This document shows positions 1 to 13,470 of a stretch of 64,000 bases of DNA, piece after piece. Source of the stretch: Alphaproteobacteria bacterium (lineage in GTDB: Bacteria > Pseudomonadota > Alphaproteobacteria > UBA828); NCBI GenBank assembly GCA_965237415.1, contig CBDEFM010000002.1, positions 1,824,001 through 1,888,000 of the forward strand. The letters are read 5' to 3'. The notes under the pieces were generated by a model. That model saw only the letters and a list, made by a program, of their open reading frames with translations. It had not been told where the DNA came from and made no database searches. Position 1 is the first letter of the stretch, and each line of letters opens with the position of its first letter. Both the position numbers and the translations under genes were made by a program.

Positions 1-1
1 C

Positions 2-1255
2 GGCGAGGCGCGCAGGTTGCGGGAGCGTCTGGCGCGGGTCTGCGAGGGCCGCGCCTTCCTGCTGCAGGGCGGCGACTGTGCGGAGAGCTTCGCGGAGTTC
101 CATACCGACACCGTGCGGGACACTTTTCGCGTCCTCCTGCAGATGGCGGTGGTGCTGACCTACGGCGCCAAGCTGCCGGTCATCAAGGTCGGGCGCCTCG
201 CGGGCCAGTTCGCCAAGCCCCGCTCGTCGGATACCGAGACCGTGGACGGCAAGACGCTCCCCGCCTACCGCGGCGACATGGTCAACGGCATGGCCTTCGA
301 CGAGGAGGAGCGGACGCCCGAGCCTCAGCGTCTGCTCCGCGCCTACAGCCAGTCCGCGTCGACGCTCAACCTGCTGCGCGCGCTGGCCCAGGGCGGCTAT
401 GCCGACCTCCACGCGGTTCACCGCTGGAACCTGGGCTTCGTCACCGAGAGCACCCAGGGCGCACGTTACGAAGCGCTGGCCAATCAGATCGGCGAGACGC
501 TCGACTTCATGGCGGCCTGTGGGCTTACGGAGGAGACCTCGCCGCAGATCCGAGAGACCGAGTTCTACACCTCCCACGAAGCCCTGCTTCTGGAATACGA
601 GCAGGCGCTGACCCGTGTCGATTCGACCACGGGCGGGTGTTACGACTGCAGCGCACACTTGCTCTGGATCGGCGACCGTACGCGCCAGGTGGATGGCGCG
701 CATGTCGACTTCCTGAGCGGCGTCGGCAATCCTCTCGGACTCAAGGCGGGCCCGAGCTTGGAGCCGGACGACCTGCTCTCGCTTATCGACCGGCTCAACC
801 CGCGCAACGAGCCCGGCAAGCTCACGGTGATCGCGCGCATGGGGCACGAGGCGGTCGAGACCAAGCTCCCGCCCCTCGTGCGGGCCGTTCAGCGCGAGGG
901 GCGGCACGTGGTCTGGGCCTGCGATCCCATGCACGGCAACACGATCAAGTCGTCCAACGGCTACAAGACCCGCGTCTTCGACCAGGTCCTGGCGGAGGTG
1001 CGCGGCTTCTTCGCGGTGCACCGGGCCGAGGGCACGCACCCCGGCGGCGTCCATTTCGAGATGACCGGCCAGGACGTGACCGAATGCCTGGGCGGCGCGC
1101 AGGCGATTACCGAGGAGGACCTCTCCAACCGCTACCACACCCACTGCGACCCGAGGCTCAACGCCTCGCAAGCGCTGGAGCTCGCCTTCCTCATTGCCGA
1201 GCACCTGAGGGAGGAACGGGCGGCCACCGTGCAGCCGCAGGCGCTGCACGGTTAG
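2..1255 (+). CDS. Class II DAHP synthase (5' end lies outside the window)
   Basis: [38 protein letters not shown] and HCDPRLN motifs; the frame is open to the window edge. Confidence 0.95.
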   Translation, partial: GEARRLRERLARVCEGRAFLLQGGDCAESFAEFHTDTVRDTFRVLLQMAVVLTYGAKLPVIKVGRLAGQFAKPRSSDTETVDGKTLPAYRGDMVNGMAFDEEERTPEPQRLLRAYSQSASTLNLLRALAQGGYADLHAVHRWNLGFVTESTQGARYEALANQIGETLDFMAACGLTEETSPQIRETEFYTSHEALLLEYEQALTRVDSTTGGCYDCSAHLLWIGDRTRQVDGAHVDFLSGVGNPLGLKAGPSLEPDDLLSLIDRLNPRNEPGKLTVIARMGHEAVETKLPPLVRAVQREGRHVVWACDPMHGNTIKSSNGYKTRVFDQVLAEVRGFFAVHRAEGTHPGGVHFEMTGQDVTECLGGAQAITEEDLSNRYHTHCDPRLNASQALELAFLIAEHLREERAATVQPQALHG

Positions 1256-1273
1256 CCGCAGCGGGGGGTCGCG

Positions 1274-2431
1274 ATGTTGCCCCAGAACGGGCCCTCCGAC
1301 CGGGAGGTCGCCCGCTACACCGACCACTACTTCACGCGCACGCGCAAGGCGATCGGCCGCTTCGGCGACGTCCGGGTTACCTACGCGCTGTTCTTGCGGC
1401 GGCCGGTCTGTTTCGCGCCCCGTCTGATGATCGAGTGGCTGGAATCGGTCGCGGCCGAGCGCGGCACCGAATTCACCATCGATTGCCAGTTCGAGGAAGG
1501 CGAGTGGGTCGGCGCCGGCGAGCCGCTGATCTACCTCTCCGGCTCCTTCCGCCATCTCGTCGATCTCGAGACGCTCTACCTGCAGCGGCTGGGCGCCGTC
1601 TGCGTCGCCGCCTACAACGCCTACGCCATGTCGCGCACTCTCCCCAAGGTCGCATTCCTGGCGATGGACGCGCGCCACTGCGCCGGCCTGGAGATGGCCG
1701 AGATGATGGCCTATGCCGCGAGCGTCGGCTCCGAGGCGGCCAAGCAGGAGTGCGGCGCCGTCGGCTTCATCGGCAACGCGACGGATGCGACCGCCCACTA
1801 CTTCGGCAATCAGCGGGGCTACGGCACGATGCCCCACGCCTTCATCGGCTATGCGGGCTCGACGCTGCGCGCGGCGGAGATGTATCACGAGGTCTTCGAG
1901 GGCGAGCCGATGACCGTGCTCGTCGACTATTACGGGCAGGAAGTCACCGACACGCTCGCGGTTTGCAGGCGTTTCCCCGAGCTTGCCGCACGCGGCGAGC
2001 TGAGCATCCGCCTCGACACCCACGGCAGCCGCTATGTCGAGGGCCTGGACATGGCGGAGTCCTACGCCGTGCTCGAGCACTACAGCCCGAACGCGGTGCG
2101 CGAATACCGCACCGAGGCGGAGCTGCGCTGGTTGAACGGCACGGGCGTGAGCGCGGCGGCGCTGTTCCACCTGCGGGCGGCGCTCGACGATGCAGGCTTC
2201 GAGAAGGTGAAGATCGTCGCAAGCTCCGGCTTCGACCCGGCCAAGTGCAGGGTCATGGCCAGCGTGAGCGCGCCGATCGACGTGATCGGCACGGGCTCGT
2301 TTCTGCCCGAGAATTGGTCGGAGACCTTCGCGACGGCCGATGTGATCGAGTACGATGGCACCTCACGGGTCAAGCTCGGCCGCGAGTTTCTGTTGCGGAA
2401 TGGCGAAGGCGACTCTCCCCGTTCACGATAG
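1274..2431 (+). CDS. Nicotinate phosphoribosyltransferase-like protein
   Basis: TDHYF, MDARH, GTMPHA, LVDYY, IRLDTHG motifs; directly upstream of nadE. Confidence 0.8.
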   Translation: MLPQNGPSDREVARYTDHYFTRTRKAIGRFGDVRVTYALFLRRPVCFAPRLMIEWLESVAAERGTEFTIDCQFEEGEWVGAGEPLIYLSGSFRHLVDLETLYLQRLGAVCVAAYNAYAMSRTLPKVAFLAMDARHCAGLEMAEMMAYAASVGSEAAKQECGAVGFIGNATDATAHYFGNQRGYGTMPHAFIGYAGSTLRAAEMYHEVFEGEPMTVLVDYYGQEVTDTLAVCRRFPELAARGELSIRLDTHGSRYVEGLDMAESYAVLEHYSPNAVREYRTEAELRWLNGTGVSAAALFHLRAALDDAGFEKVKIVASSGFDPAKCRVMASVSAPIDVIGTGSFLPENWSETFATADVIEYDGTSRVKLGREFLLRNGEGDSPRSR

Positions 2432-2476
2432 GCCACGCTGGAGGCCGCCGGCGCCTCCGTCAATGCTCACCCGACC

Positions 2477-4138
2477 ATGACCGATACCCTCGCCATCGCG
2501 CTCGCCCAGCTCAATCCCACCGTGGGGGATTTGGAGGGCAACAAGGCGCTGATCCTGCGCGCGCGGGCCGAGGCGGCGGCCCAGGGTGCGGACCTCGTGG
2601 TCTGCACCGAGCTCGTCGTGACCGGCTACCCGCCCGAGGACCTCGTGCTCAAGCCGATGTTTCAGGAGCAGACACGGGCGACCGTGGAATCGCTCGCGGA
2701 AGCGACAGCCGATGGCGGGCCGGCGCTTCTGCTCGGCGCCCCCTGGGTCGAGGACGGCAAGCTCTACAATGCCGTTCTCCTGCTCGAAGGCGGCCAGGTC
2801 GCCGCGCAGCGCTACAAGTACGAGCTTCCCAATTACGGGGTCTTCGACGAGGTGCGGGTCTTCGCGCGCGCCGGCCTGCCCGGGCCGATCCCGTTTCGCG
2901 GCGTCCGCCTCGGCGCCATGGTCTGCGAGGATATGTGGTTCCCCGAGGTCGCCGAATGCCTCGCGGAATCGGGTGCCGAGATCATGATCGCGATCAACGG
3001 CTCGCCCTTCGAGAGCGACAAGGGCGACGTCCGTCTCAACTGCGCCGTCACCCGCATCGGCGAGACCGAGCTGCCGCTGATTTACACGAACCAGGTGGGC
3101 GGGCAGGACGAGCTCGTTTTCGACGGTGCCTCTTTCGTCCTCAACGCCGACAACAGCCTCTCCGCCCAGGCGCCGGCCTTCGAAGAATCTCTCGTGCTCA
3201 CCCACTGGTCGCGTGAGCGCGACGGCTGGCACTGCGCGCCGGGCCCGCGCGCCGCGCTGCCAGACGGTCACGCCGCGACCTATCGCGCCATGACTTTGGG
3301 GCTTGCCGACTATGTCGGGAAGAACGGCTTCCCCGGCGTGCTGATCGGGCTTTCCGGCGGCATCGATTCGGCGCTGACGGCCGCCGTCGCGGTCGATGCT
3401 CTGGGCGCGGAGCGGGTCTTCTGCGTCGCCATGCCGTCCCGTTATACCGCGCAATCCTCGCTCGACGACGCGGCGGAATGCGCGCGCCTGCTCGGCGTCC
3501 GCTACGAGGCGGTGGGGATCGAGCCGGCGGTGGATGCGCTGGGCGGAATGCTTTCTCCGCTCTTCGCCGGCCGCGAGGCGGACAAGACCGAGGAGAACAT
3601 CCAGGCGCGGGTGCGCGGCGTCATCCTGATGGCGATCAGCAACAAGCTCGGCCATATGGTGCTCACCACCGGCAACAAGTCGGAGATGTCAGTGGGTTAC
3701 GCCACGCTCTACGGCGACATGTGCGGCGGCTATTCCGTGCTGAAGGACGTTTACAAGACCGACGTGTTCGAGATGGCGCGCTGGCGCAACCGGAACTGGA
3801 TGGAGGGCCTCGAGGGGCCGCAGGGAGCGGTGATGCCCGAGGCGATCATCGACAAGCCGCCGAGCGCGGAGCTGCGCCCCGATCAGACCGATCAGGACAC
3901 GCTCCCCCCCTACGATGTGCTCGACGACGTGCTGCGGGGCCTCGTGGAGGAGGAGCGCTCGACGGCGGAACTCGTCGCCCGCGGCCACGCGGCGGAGACC
4001 GCGGAACGCATCTGGCGGATGCTCGATATCGCCGAATACAAGCGGCGTCAGGCACCGCCCGGCATCAAGCTCACGCTGCGCTCCTTCGGCAAGGACCGCC
4101 GCTACCCGATCACCAACCGCTACCGCGGGGCCGGCTGA
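2477..4138 (+). CDS. nadE: Glutamine-dependent NAD+ synthetase
   Basis: N-terminal nitrilase domain (LPNYGVFDE, CEDMW) plus GLSGGIDS, ENIQAR, TTGNKSE, PSAELRPDQ. Confidence 0.97.
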   Translation: MTDTLAIALAQLNPTVGDLEGNKALILRARAEAAAQGADLVVCTELVVTGYPPEDLVLKPMFQEQTRATVESLAEATADGGPALLLGAPWVEDGKLYNAVLLLEGGQVAAQRYKYELPNYGVFDEVRVFARAGLPGPIPFRGVRLGAMVCEDMWFPEVAECLAESGAEIMIAINGSPFESDKGDVRLNCAVTRIGETELPLIYTNQVGGQDELVFDGASFVLNADNSLSAQAPAFEESLVLTHWSRERDGWHCAPGPRAALPDGHAATYRAMTLGLADYVGKNGFPGVLIGLSGGIDSALTAAVAVDALGAERVFCVAMPSRYTAQSSLDDAAECARLLGVRYEAVGIEPAVDALGGMLSPLFAGREADKTEENIQARVRGVILMAISNKLGHMVLTTGNKSEMSVGYATLYGDMCGGYSVLKDVYKTDVFEMARWRNRNWMEGLEGPQGAVMPEAIIDKPPSAELRPDQTDQDTLPPYDVLDDVLRGLVEEERSTAELVARGHAAETAERIWRMLDIAEYKRRQAPPGIKLTLRSFGKDRRYPITNRYRGAG

Positions 4139-4141
4139 GCC

Positions 4142-5524
4142 ATGACGCTCTCGCTCCACAACACGCTCACCCGGCGGCGCGAACCGTTGGAGCCGGTGCG
4201 CCCCGGCCATGTCGGCATGTATGTCTGCGGGCCCACGGTCTACGACCTCGCCCATATCGGCAACGCCCGGCCCATCGTGGTGTTCGACGTGCTCTACCGG
4301 GTGCTGAAGCGGCTCTATCCGCAGGTCACCTACGTCAGGAACATCACGGACATCGACGACAAGATCAACGAGGCCTCGCGCAAGAGCGCCGAGCCGATCG
4401 AGTCGATCACCGCGCGGACCACCAAGGCCTTCCACGAGGATATCGCCGCGCTCGGCGCGCTGCCGCCCGACGCCGAGCCGCGAGCGACGGCGCACGTGTC
4501 CGAGATGATCGCGCTCATCGAGGCGCTGATCGAAGCCGGCAACGCCTATGAGGCGGAGGGACACGTGCTCTTCCACGTGCCGTCGGCGCCCCGCTACGGC
4601 GCGCTTTCCGGCCGCAACCGCGACGAGATGATCGCGGGCGCGCGCGTCGAGGTCGCGCCCTACAAGCGCGATCCGGCCGATTTCGTGCTGTGGAAGCCGA
4701 GCGACGAGACCCTGCCGGGTTGGGAAAGTGCTTGGGGACGCGGCCGGCCCGGCTGGCATATCGAGTGCTCGGCCATGAGCCGCGCCTATCTCGGCGAGAC
4801 GCTGGACATCCACGGCGGCGGCATGGATCTGATCTTCCCCCATCACGAGAACGAGATCGCGCAGAGCGAATGCGCCTGCCCCGGCGCGCCCTTCGCCCGC
4901 CACTGGGTGCACAACGACGTGCTCACCGTGGCGGGCGAGAAGATGTCGAAGTCCCTCGGCAACTTCGTCACCATCCGCGACGCGCTGGCCGAGACGCCGG
5001 GCGAGGTGATCCGCCTGGTCCTGCTGAGCACGCACTACCGGCACCCCTTGGACTGGACCGCCGACGGGCTCGCCCAGGCGCGCGCCAACCTGGACCGCCT
5101 CTACACCGCGCTGCGCAACGCGGGCGTGGAGGATGGGGCGGCCGACGACAGCGCCGACCCGGAGGTCGAGGCCGCGCTCTGCGACGATCTCAACACGCCG
5201 AAGGCGCTCGCCGTCCTCCACAGGCTCGCGGGCGACCTCAACCGGGCCGGCGACGCGTCGACCAAGGCGCGGGCCTGCGCCTCGCTGCGTGGCTCCGGCG
5301 CCCTGCTCGGGCTGTTGCAGGCCGACCCCGAGGCGTGGTTCCGCGGTGCGGGGCAGGAAGGCGGCATGAGCGATGCCGAAATCCAGGCGCTGATCGCAGT
5401 CCGTGCCACCGCGCGAGCCCAACGCGACTTCGCCGAGGCCGACCGCATCCGCGCGGCGATGGCGGCCGAGGGCATCGCCCTCGAAGACACGGCGGAGGGC
5501 ACGCTGTGGCGCCGTGCGCAATGA
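4142..5524 (+). CDS. cysS: Cysteine--tRNA ligase
   Basis: YVCGPTVY, HIGN, GRPGWHIECSAM, FPHHENE, KMSKS. Confidence 0.98.
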   Translation: MTLSLHNTLTRRREPLEPVRPGHVGMYVCGPTVYDLAHIGNARPIVVFDVLYRVLKRLYPQVTYVRNITDIDDKINEASRKSAEPIESITARTTKAFHEDIAALGALPPDAEPRATAHVSEMIALIEALIEAGNAYEAEGHVLFHVPSAPRYGALSGRNRDEMIAGARVEVAPYKRDPADFVLWKPSDETLPGWESAWGRGRPGWHIECSAMSRAYLGETLDIHGGGMDLIFPHHENEIAQSECACPGAPFARHWVHNDVLTVAGEKMSKSLGNFVTIRDALAETPGEVIRLVLLSTHYRHPLDWTADGLAQARANLDRLYTALRNAGVEDGAADDSADPEVEAALCDDLNTPKALAVLHRLAGDLNRAGDASTKARACASLRGSGALLGLLQADPEAWFRGAGQEGGMSDAEIQALIAVRATARAQRDFAEADRIRAAMAAEGIALEDTAEGTLWRRAQ

Positions 5525-5562
5525 ACGGTGTGCGCCGGTCCCGCGCCATAGCAGGCTGAGCC

Positions 5563-6375
5563 GTGGCGGGGACCGACCGGCGCAAGAGCCGCGCAGCGGC
5601 CCATGTCGAAAAGGGAGCGCCGGCGGTCATCCTCGTGCGCACCCAGCTCGGTGAGAACATCGGCGCCGCCGCCCGCGCCATGCTGAATTGCGGCCTTTCC
5701 GACCTGCGCCTTGTCGAGCCCCGCGACGGCTGGCCCAACGTCAAGGCGCTGGGCGCGGCCTCTGGCGCCGATGCGGTGCTGAGCGGCGCGCGCCTCTGCG
5801 CGACCGTGGAAGAGGCGGTGGCCGACCTCAACCTGGTCCACGCCACCACAGCGAGGCCCAGGGAGATGCTGAAGCCGGAGCTTGCACCGCGTGCGGCGGT
5901 CACGGCGCTGCGCGACGCAGGCCGCCGGGGCGCCCGGCTCGGCCTCCTCTTCGGGCCGGAGAAGGCCGGCCTCAAGAACGAGGAGCTGGTGCTGGCCGAC
6001 GCCATCGTCCGCATTCCGCTCAACCCTGCCTTCGCCTCGCTCAATCTGGCGCAGGCGGTCCTCATCATGGCTTACGAATGGCGCCTCGCGAGCGGTCCGC
6101 TGGAGGAAGAGTCGGAGCCGCCACCGCCAACGGGAAGCGCCCGGCCCGCCACCAAGGACGAGATCCTGCACTTCTTCGCGCATCTGGAGGGCGCGCTCGA
6201 TGCGCGCGACTTCTTCCCGACGCCCGAGATGCGGCCCAAGATGGTGCAGAACATGCGGACCATGTTCGAGCGCATCTCGCTCACCCACCAGGACGTACAG
6301 ACGCTGCGCGGCGTCGTGCGCGCGCTCACAGGCGAACCGTCCCGGCGCGGCTGGCCGCCGGGCTCGTCCGATTGA
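5563..6375 (+). CDS. TrmJ/LasT family SPOUT RNA methyltransferase
   Basis: ENIGAAARAM, LFGPEKAGL, SLNLAQAV. Confidence 0.9.
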   Translation: MAGTDRRKSRAAAHVEKGAPAVILVRTQLGENIGAAARAMLNCGLSDLRLVEPRDGWPNVKALGAASGADAVLSGARLCATVEEAVADLNLVHATTARPREMLKPELAPRAAVTALRDAGRRGARLGLLFGPEKAGLKNEELVLADAIVRIPLNPAFASLNLAQAVLIMAYEWRLASGPLEEESEPPPPTGSARPATKDEILHFFAHLEGALDARDFFPTPEMRPKMVQNMRTMFERISLTHQDVQTLRGVVRALTGEPSRRGWPPGSSD

Positions 6376-6399
6376 CACGGGACCTTCGGCGGCTATAGT
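6372..6399 (+). promoter_or_regulatory. sigma70-type promoter for rpsD
   Basis: TTGACA (6372-6377), 16-bp spacer, TATAGT (6394-6399). Confidence 0.7.
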
Positions 6400-6456
6400 G
6401 CGCCCGGCTCGCCGCCCCAGGGCGGCGGCGCGCGTCCTCCCACCGGCACGGACACG

Positions 6457-7071
6457 ATGAGCAAACGACAGCAGTCGAAATACAAGATTTGCCGCCGCCT
6501 CGGGGTCAACCTCTGGGGCCGACCCAAGAGTCCGACCAACAGGCGCGACTACGGGCCGGGGCAGCACGGCCAGCGGCGGCGCAAGCCGTCGGATTTCGGG
6601 GTGCAGCTCTCGGCCAAGCAGCGCCTGCGCGGCTACTACGGCAACATCACCGAGAAGCAGTTCCGCCGCTACTACCGCATCGCCGGCGACCGCAAGGGCG
6701 ACACCGGCGAGAACCTGATCGGGCTGCTGGAGCGGCGCCTCGATGCCGTCGTCTACCGGATGAAGTTCGTGCCGACCGTGTTCGCGGCGCGGCAGTTCGT
6801 GAACCACGGCCACATCCTGGTCAACGGCCGCCGGGTGACGATCCCGAGCTATCTGGTGCAGGACGAGGACCGCATCACGGTGCGGGAGCGCTCCAAGCAG
6901 CTGCCGCTGGTGCTGGAGGCGATCGATTCGCCGGAACGCGACGTGCCGGACTATCTGGAGGCCGACCACGACCGGATGGAGGGCCGCTTCATCCGCGCGC
7001 CGAAGGTCGCCGACGTGCCTTACCCGGTGCAGATGGAGCCCAATCTCGTCATCGAGTTCTACTCGCGGTAA
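6457..7071 (+). CDS. rpsD: 30S ribosomal protein S4
   Basis: [30 protein letters not shown]-terminal IEFYSR. Confidence 0.98.
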   Translation: MSKRQQSKYKICRRLGVNLWGRPKSPTNRRDYGPGQHGQRRRKPSDFGVQLSAKQRLRGYYGNITEKQFRRYYRIAGDRKGDTGENLIGLLERRLDAVVYRMKFVPTVFAARQFVNHGHILVNGRRVTIPSYLVQDEDRITVRERSKQLPLVLEAIDSPERDVPDYLEADHDRMEGRFIRAPKVADVPYPVQMEPNLVIEFYSR

Positions 7072-7166
7072 GCCTCATCCGTTAGGTCCCCTGCCCTTCC
7101 GATTGACAGGGCGCCCCATCCCGGCTTTTGTCTGCCCTTAGGTTCAGAGGGTCAGGGAGGAGCGAG

Positions 7167-7751
7167 ATGGGCGACGTAACGTTCGAGCACCACCTGCTGA
7201 AGGAAGCCGGCACGAGCCCCAACAACGGGGCGCTGTCGCTCATCGTCTACCGGAGCGTCATGGATGTCGGCGGCGACGAGCCGGAAGCCGCGGTCGAGCG
7301 CCACTTCGACGCCAACGGCTGGGGCGACGGCTTTCGCGGCGACACCTTTCCCTTCCACCACTACCACTCGATCGCGCATGAGGTCGTGGGCTGCGCGCGC
7401 GGCGCGGCGCGGCTCCAGTTCGGCGGGCCCGAGGGGCCGGTGGTCGATGTGCAGGCCGGCGATGCCGTGCTGATCCCCGCCGGGGTGGTCCACTGCCGGC
7501 TCGACGACAAGCCGGGCTACGTCAGCATCGGCGCCTATCCGCCGGGGCAGCAGCCGGATCTTTGCGTGCTGTCGGACCAGGATGCGGCGGTCTCCGACGC
7601 GCGGGACGATACCGAGGGCCTGGAGCTGAAGATCGTCCGCGACGCGGAGATGCCCGCGATCAGGGCCTCCATCGCCAGCGTCCCGCTGCCTGCGACCGAC
7701 CCGCTGGCAGCCGGAAGCGGCCCGGTGGAGAGCCTCTGGCTAGAGCGCTGA
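7167..7751 (+). CDS. Cupin-domain protein (YjlB-like)
   Basis: FHHYHSIAHEV, LIPAGVVH, GAYPPGQ; ATG at 7167 follows GGAGGAG. Confidence 0.75.
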   Translation: MGDVTFEHHLLKEAGTSPNNGALSLIVYRSVMDVGGDEPEAAVERHFDANGWGDGFRGDTFPFHHYHSIAHEVVGCARGAARLQFGGPEGPVVDVQAGDAVLIPAGVVHCRLDDKPGYVSIGAYPPGQQPDLCVLSDQDAAVSDARDDTEGLELKIVRDAEMPAIRASIASVPLPATDPLAAGSGPVESLWLER

Positions 7752-7858
7752 GCGCCGCCGACTGAGTAAACACTCTCGACGCGCAATCGTGAGAGAGAGT
7801 TTCAGTAGGGCTGATGTATCGCCGCTGTTGCTGTGGGCATCGTAAACGCTCGTGGACT

Positions 7859-8829
7859 TTAAAGTCTCAACGGTATACTTGTCACACGGATACGGCTCTC
7901 GGCATCTTTCACTTCAGCCCGTTCAAGTAGAGCTACAAATGCTTCGCATATCGCGTCCGGATACTTGGTTGGCCCAATGATAACTTGGTCCAAAATCTCA
8001 GGAATTTCAAGCCCAGTCAAACCGATTTCGGGCAAGTTCTTCAGGCGAAATTTGCAAATCGGTTGCGGCGTTCCGTTGACTATTTCAATGCTTCTCTCCA
8101 CATTCGGTGACTGCTCCATTGAAGGCATGTAAATTACGCGCCACTCACGCTCTTCGCTGAATCCTGGATGTTTCGTACACAAGACAGAAAATTTGAACGC
8201 GTTAAACATTGCGTCACATACTGTGTCCCGCCCCTGGTCACGAAGAAAATCATAGTGGCACCTGATCCCCCCGACTACCTTCTGCAATTCGAGTTCGAAT
8301 AACTCGTCGTCAAGATATAGTACCGGACTTGAATAAACCCCCGGTGGACCAATATACGCAAGAAACGGCGCATTATTCAGCACTAGTGCGACTCCGGTTG
8401 ACTCACCATAGGCTCTCCACATTGACAGCCGTCCATACTTATCGTCATCATCATCTGTGTGCTCCGACAGACATGCAATGTATGTAGTGTTGTGAAAATA
8501 TGGCATCCAATCATGGAAAAAATTTCTAATTCGGTGGTGATTCCAGGAAACATGCCATCTAGTGCCTCCCTAAACTGTTCTCCTGCCACTCCACCATATG
8601 CCCGATTAAAACAATTAAGTCCTTGCCTTACTTCCATGTAATCGTTCATGCAGGATATCTTCCGCATCCAAACTTGTTGAGTCTCCAATATCTTCATCGC
8701 CGCATCTGCAGTGGTGTAATGAACGAAGCGAGTGTTCTTCTTTTCCGCCGCTTTCAATTTTTCTACCGCAAGAGGATGAAATATATTGAGGAGACGCAAT
8801 TCATCTTCCGAAAGATTGAAATCAGTCAT
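7859..8829 (-). pseudogene. DUF2971-like protein, split by a 1-nt frameshift; low-GC insert
   Basis: FVHYTT...MNDYME in the 5' ORF; ACLSE, LSMWRAYG, KHPGFSEEREWR, IIGP in the 3' ORF; the frames join at the homopolymer around 8517-8522. Confidence 0.75.
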
Positions 8830-8961
8830 GAAATTACCTGCCTAATCGAAATGAGTGGTCAACTGATCAGAGTGGCCGCGCTCTGGCTCGGCCTATAAGC
8901 CCAAGCCCCGGCCGCCTACGGTTCAACTGTCCTATACAGTGAGCAGCGTAGTACGGCCAAG

Positions 8962-9072
8962 TCAAAGCAAGTCTTCGGGCTTCGTCGGCGGGTCGTCGAT
9001 TCGTGGGAACGCGTCGTCCAGCGGCTTCAACCCCGCCAGCACCTCCGTCAACGAGGGCGCCCGCGCGACCGG
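8962..9072 (-). pseudogene. C-terminal remnant of a VapB/AbrB-type antitoxin
   Basis: Hand translation PVARAPSLTEVLAGLKPLDDAFPRIDDPPTKPEDLL* resembles VapB C-termini; no AbrB N-terminus and no toxin gene follows. Confidence 0.5.
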
Positions 9073-9121
9073 TTGACCGGACCGGTCAGGCACATGCGTC
9101 TCCCGCGCATCGACAATCACG

Positions 9122-9469
9122 TCAATCGAAGACGCTGAAGTCGAGGGCGAGGCGCTCGCCGAGCCAGAGCGGGTAGTCGCGGTGGTCGGCGAGATCGTTG
9201 CCGGTATTGGGATGGACGAGCACCGGGTGGCCCCGGCGGTTGAGCATGAGCCAGGGTACGAACTCGGCGAAGAGGGCCGGCTCGAAGGCCACCTGGAACG
9301 TGGGCACCGGATGCGGCCCCACGGGCTTGTCGCGCCAGCGCCCGAGGCGCACGGGAAAGCGCGCGATCAGGTCCGTCCTGACCGCCGCGGCGCTCTTCCG
9401 CGTCGCCGGTTCGTAATAGACGTGGGCGTGGTAGCTGGCGATCGCCGCCGGCGGCAGCGATGGGTTCAA
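9122..9469 (-). CDS. DOPA 4,5-dioxygenase family protein
   Basis: [28 protein letters not shown]; TTG start overlaps the grxD stop. Confidence 0.85.
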   Translation of the reverse strand: MNPSLPPAAIASYHAHVYYEPATRKSAAAVRTDLIARFPVRLGRWRDKPVGPHPVPTFQVAFEPALFAEFVPWLMLNRRGHPVLVHPNTGNDLADHRDYPLWLGERLALDFSVFD

Positions 9470-9819
9470 ACGCGAGGCTCGACGCTGACGCCCCTGGTGC
9501 TCAGCAACTCCCCAAGCTCGCCGGTCTCGTACATCTCGCGGACGATGTCGCAACCGCCCACGAACTCGCCCTTGACGTAGAGCTGAGGGATCGTCGGCCA
9601 GTCGCTGAAGTGCTTGATCCCCTGGCGGATCTCCGGGTCCTCGAGCACGTCGAAGCCCTTGAAGCGCACGCCGAGCAGCGAGAGCATCTGCACCACGGTG
9701 GCGGAGAACCCGCACTGCGGGAACACCGGCGTCCCCTTCATGAACAGGACGACGTCGTTCTCGTCGATCACGCCCCGGATGCGGTTCTCGACCGGCGCGC
9801 TGGTCGTGGCCTCCATCAT
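9466..9819 (-). CDS. grxD: Monothiol glutaredoxin Grx4
   Basis: [25 protein letters not shown]. Confidence 0.95.
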   Translation of the reverse strand: MMEATTSAPVENRIRGVIDENDVVLFMKGTPVFPQCGFSATVVQMLSLLGVRFKGFDVLEDPEIRQGIKHFSDWPTIPQLYVKGEFVGGCDIVREMYETGELGELLSTRGVSVEPRV

Positions 9820-9847
9820 GCGAAATCCCCTTTCATGTCCGTTCGGT

Positions 9848-10087
9848 TCAGGCGTCCGTAGGGACGCTGGTCTGTAGCGCAAGCGCATGCAGCTGATCGC
9901 CCATGCGCCCGCGCAGCGCGCGATAGACCATCTGATGCTGCTCCACCCGCGACTTGCCCGCGAACGAAGCCGAGACCACACGCGCCGCGTAGTGATCGCC
10001 GTCGCCACGCAGATCGTCGATATGGATCTGGGCGTCGGGGAGCGCCTCGCGAATGAGCTGCTCGATCTCCTGCACGTCCATCGGCAT
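9848..10087 (-). CDS. BolA family protein
   Basis: [26 protein letters not shown]; next to grxD. Confidence 0.93.
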   Translation of the reverse strand: MPMDVQEIEQLIREALPDAQIHIDDLRGDGDHYAARVVSASFAGKSRVEQHQMVYRALRGRMGDQLHALALQTSVPTDA

Positions 10088-10111
10088 CGGCGGCGCTCTC
10101 AGGCGAATTTC

Positions 10112-12381
<2,270 letters not shown>

Positions 12382-12385
<4 letters not shown>

Positions 12386-13071
12386 GAAAGCGCCTCCACC
12401 AGGCGATCGAACATGGCGCGCCCGTCCGCGCCGCCGAGCGCGGGCTCCGCGGCCCGCTCGGGATGCGGCATAAGGCCAAGCACCGTGCGGGCCGGATTGA
12501 GGATGCCGGCGATATCGGCGGCGGAGCCATTGGGGTTGGCGCCGTCGCCCCTCTCGCCGTTGTTGCCCACGTAGCGGAAGGCGACGAGCCCCTCGCCCTC
12601 GAGCCGGGCCAGCGTCTCCGCATCGGCGCAGTAGTTGCCGTCGTGATGGGCGACCGGCATCCGCACCACCTGCCCGACTTGATAGCCGGCGGTAAACGGG
12701 CTCTCGACCTCCTCCACGCACAGGCTGACCCAGCGGCAGACGAAGCGCAGCCCCGCGTTCCGCATCAGCGCGCCCGGCAGCAGCCCGGCCTCCGTCGCCA
12801 CCTGGAAGCCGTTGCAGATTGCCAACAGAGGCACGCCGGCGTTGGCCCGCCTCACGACGTCCGCCATCACCGGCGAGCGCGCCGCCATGGCGCCCGCGCG
12901 CAGGTAATCGCCGTGGGCGAAGCCGCCGGGGAGCACGATCAGGTCGCAGGCCGGCAGCGCCTGCTCGTCGTGCCAGACCATCGCCGGCGCCCGGCCCGCG
13001 CTCGCCTCCAGCGCCACCATCACGTCGCGGTCGCAGTTGGAGCCGGGGAAGACCACGATCACGGCCTTCAT
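12382..13071 (-). CDS. purQ: FGAM synthase glutaminase subunit PurQ
   Basis: FPGSNCD, LPGGF, ICNGFQ, NPNGS, MPHPER. Confidence 0.97.
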
Positions 13072-13130
13072 CGCGCCTCCGCAGCCGGACACGGTGCGTC
13101 CTCTCCGCCGCGCAGGACGGGAGCGAGCGC

Positions 13131-13177
13131 CCCCACCTCACCCCGGCCCTCTCCTCCCCCAGGGGCGGAGAGGGAGA
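13131..13177. repeat. REP-like GC-rich palindrome
   Basis: cctcaccccggccctctcctcccccaggggcggagaggg: ccctctcc/ggagaggg arms, a pattern common in alphaproteobacterial intergenic palindromes. Confidence 0.55.
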
Positions 13178-13305
13178 GTAGGCTGCGGCCGTCCGCGTCT
13201 CCTCTCCGCCCTCCCGAGGCGAAGAAGGAGCGACGAGCATTTGCGGCGCGGTCCCCCCTCCGCACCTCAGCCGGGGCGAGGAAGCACGGGCGGGTGCAGT
13301 CTGCG

Positions 13306-13446
13306 TCCCCCCTCCGCCTTCCCGGGCCGTCGGGCCCGGACGGCGCGACTGCGCCGCGCGCCGAATGGCGCGTAGGCAAGCGAGCGGAGCTCGCGCCCGC
13401 CGTTGAGGGAAATGAACCAGTCGGGAGGGGGACAGGGGGAGGTGGG
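13306..13446. repeat. About 140-bp multi-hairpin repeat, copy 1
   Basis: Near-identical to 13736-13875 (offset 429 bp). Confidence 0.9.
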
Positions 13447-13470
13447 ATGGCGTGGAAACCATTTCTTAGG

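Noticed and set aside
8511-8530. Programmed -1 ribosomal frameshift in the DUF2971-like gene
   Set aside because: The T-run is not in the X XXY YYZ phase; an indel or sequencing error is simpler.
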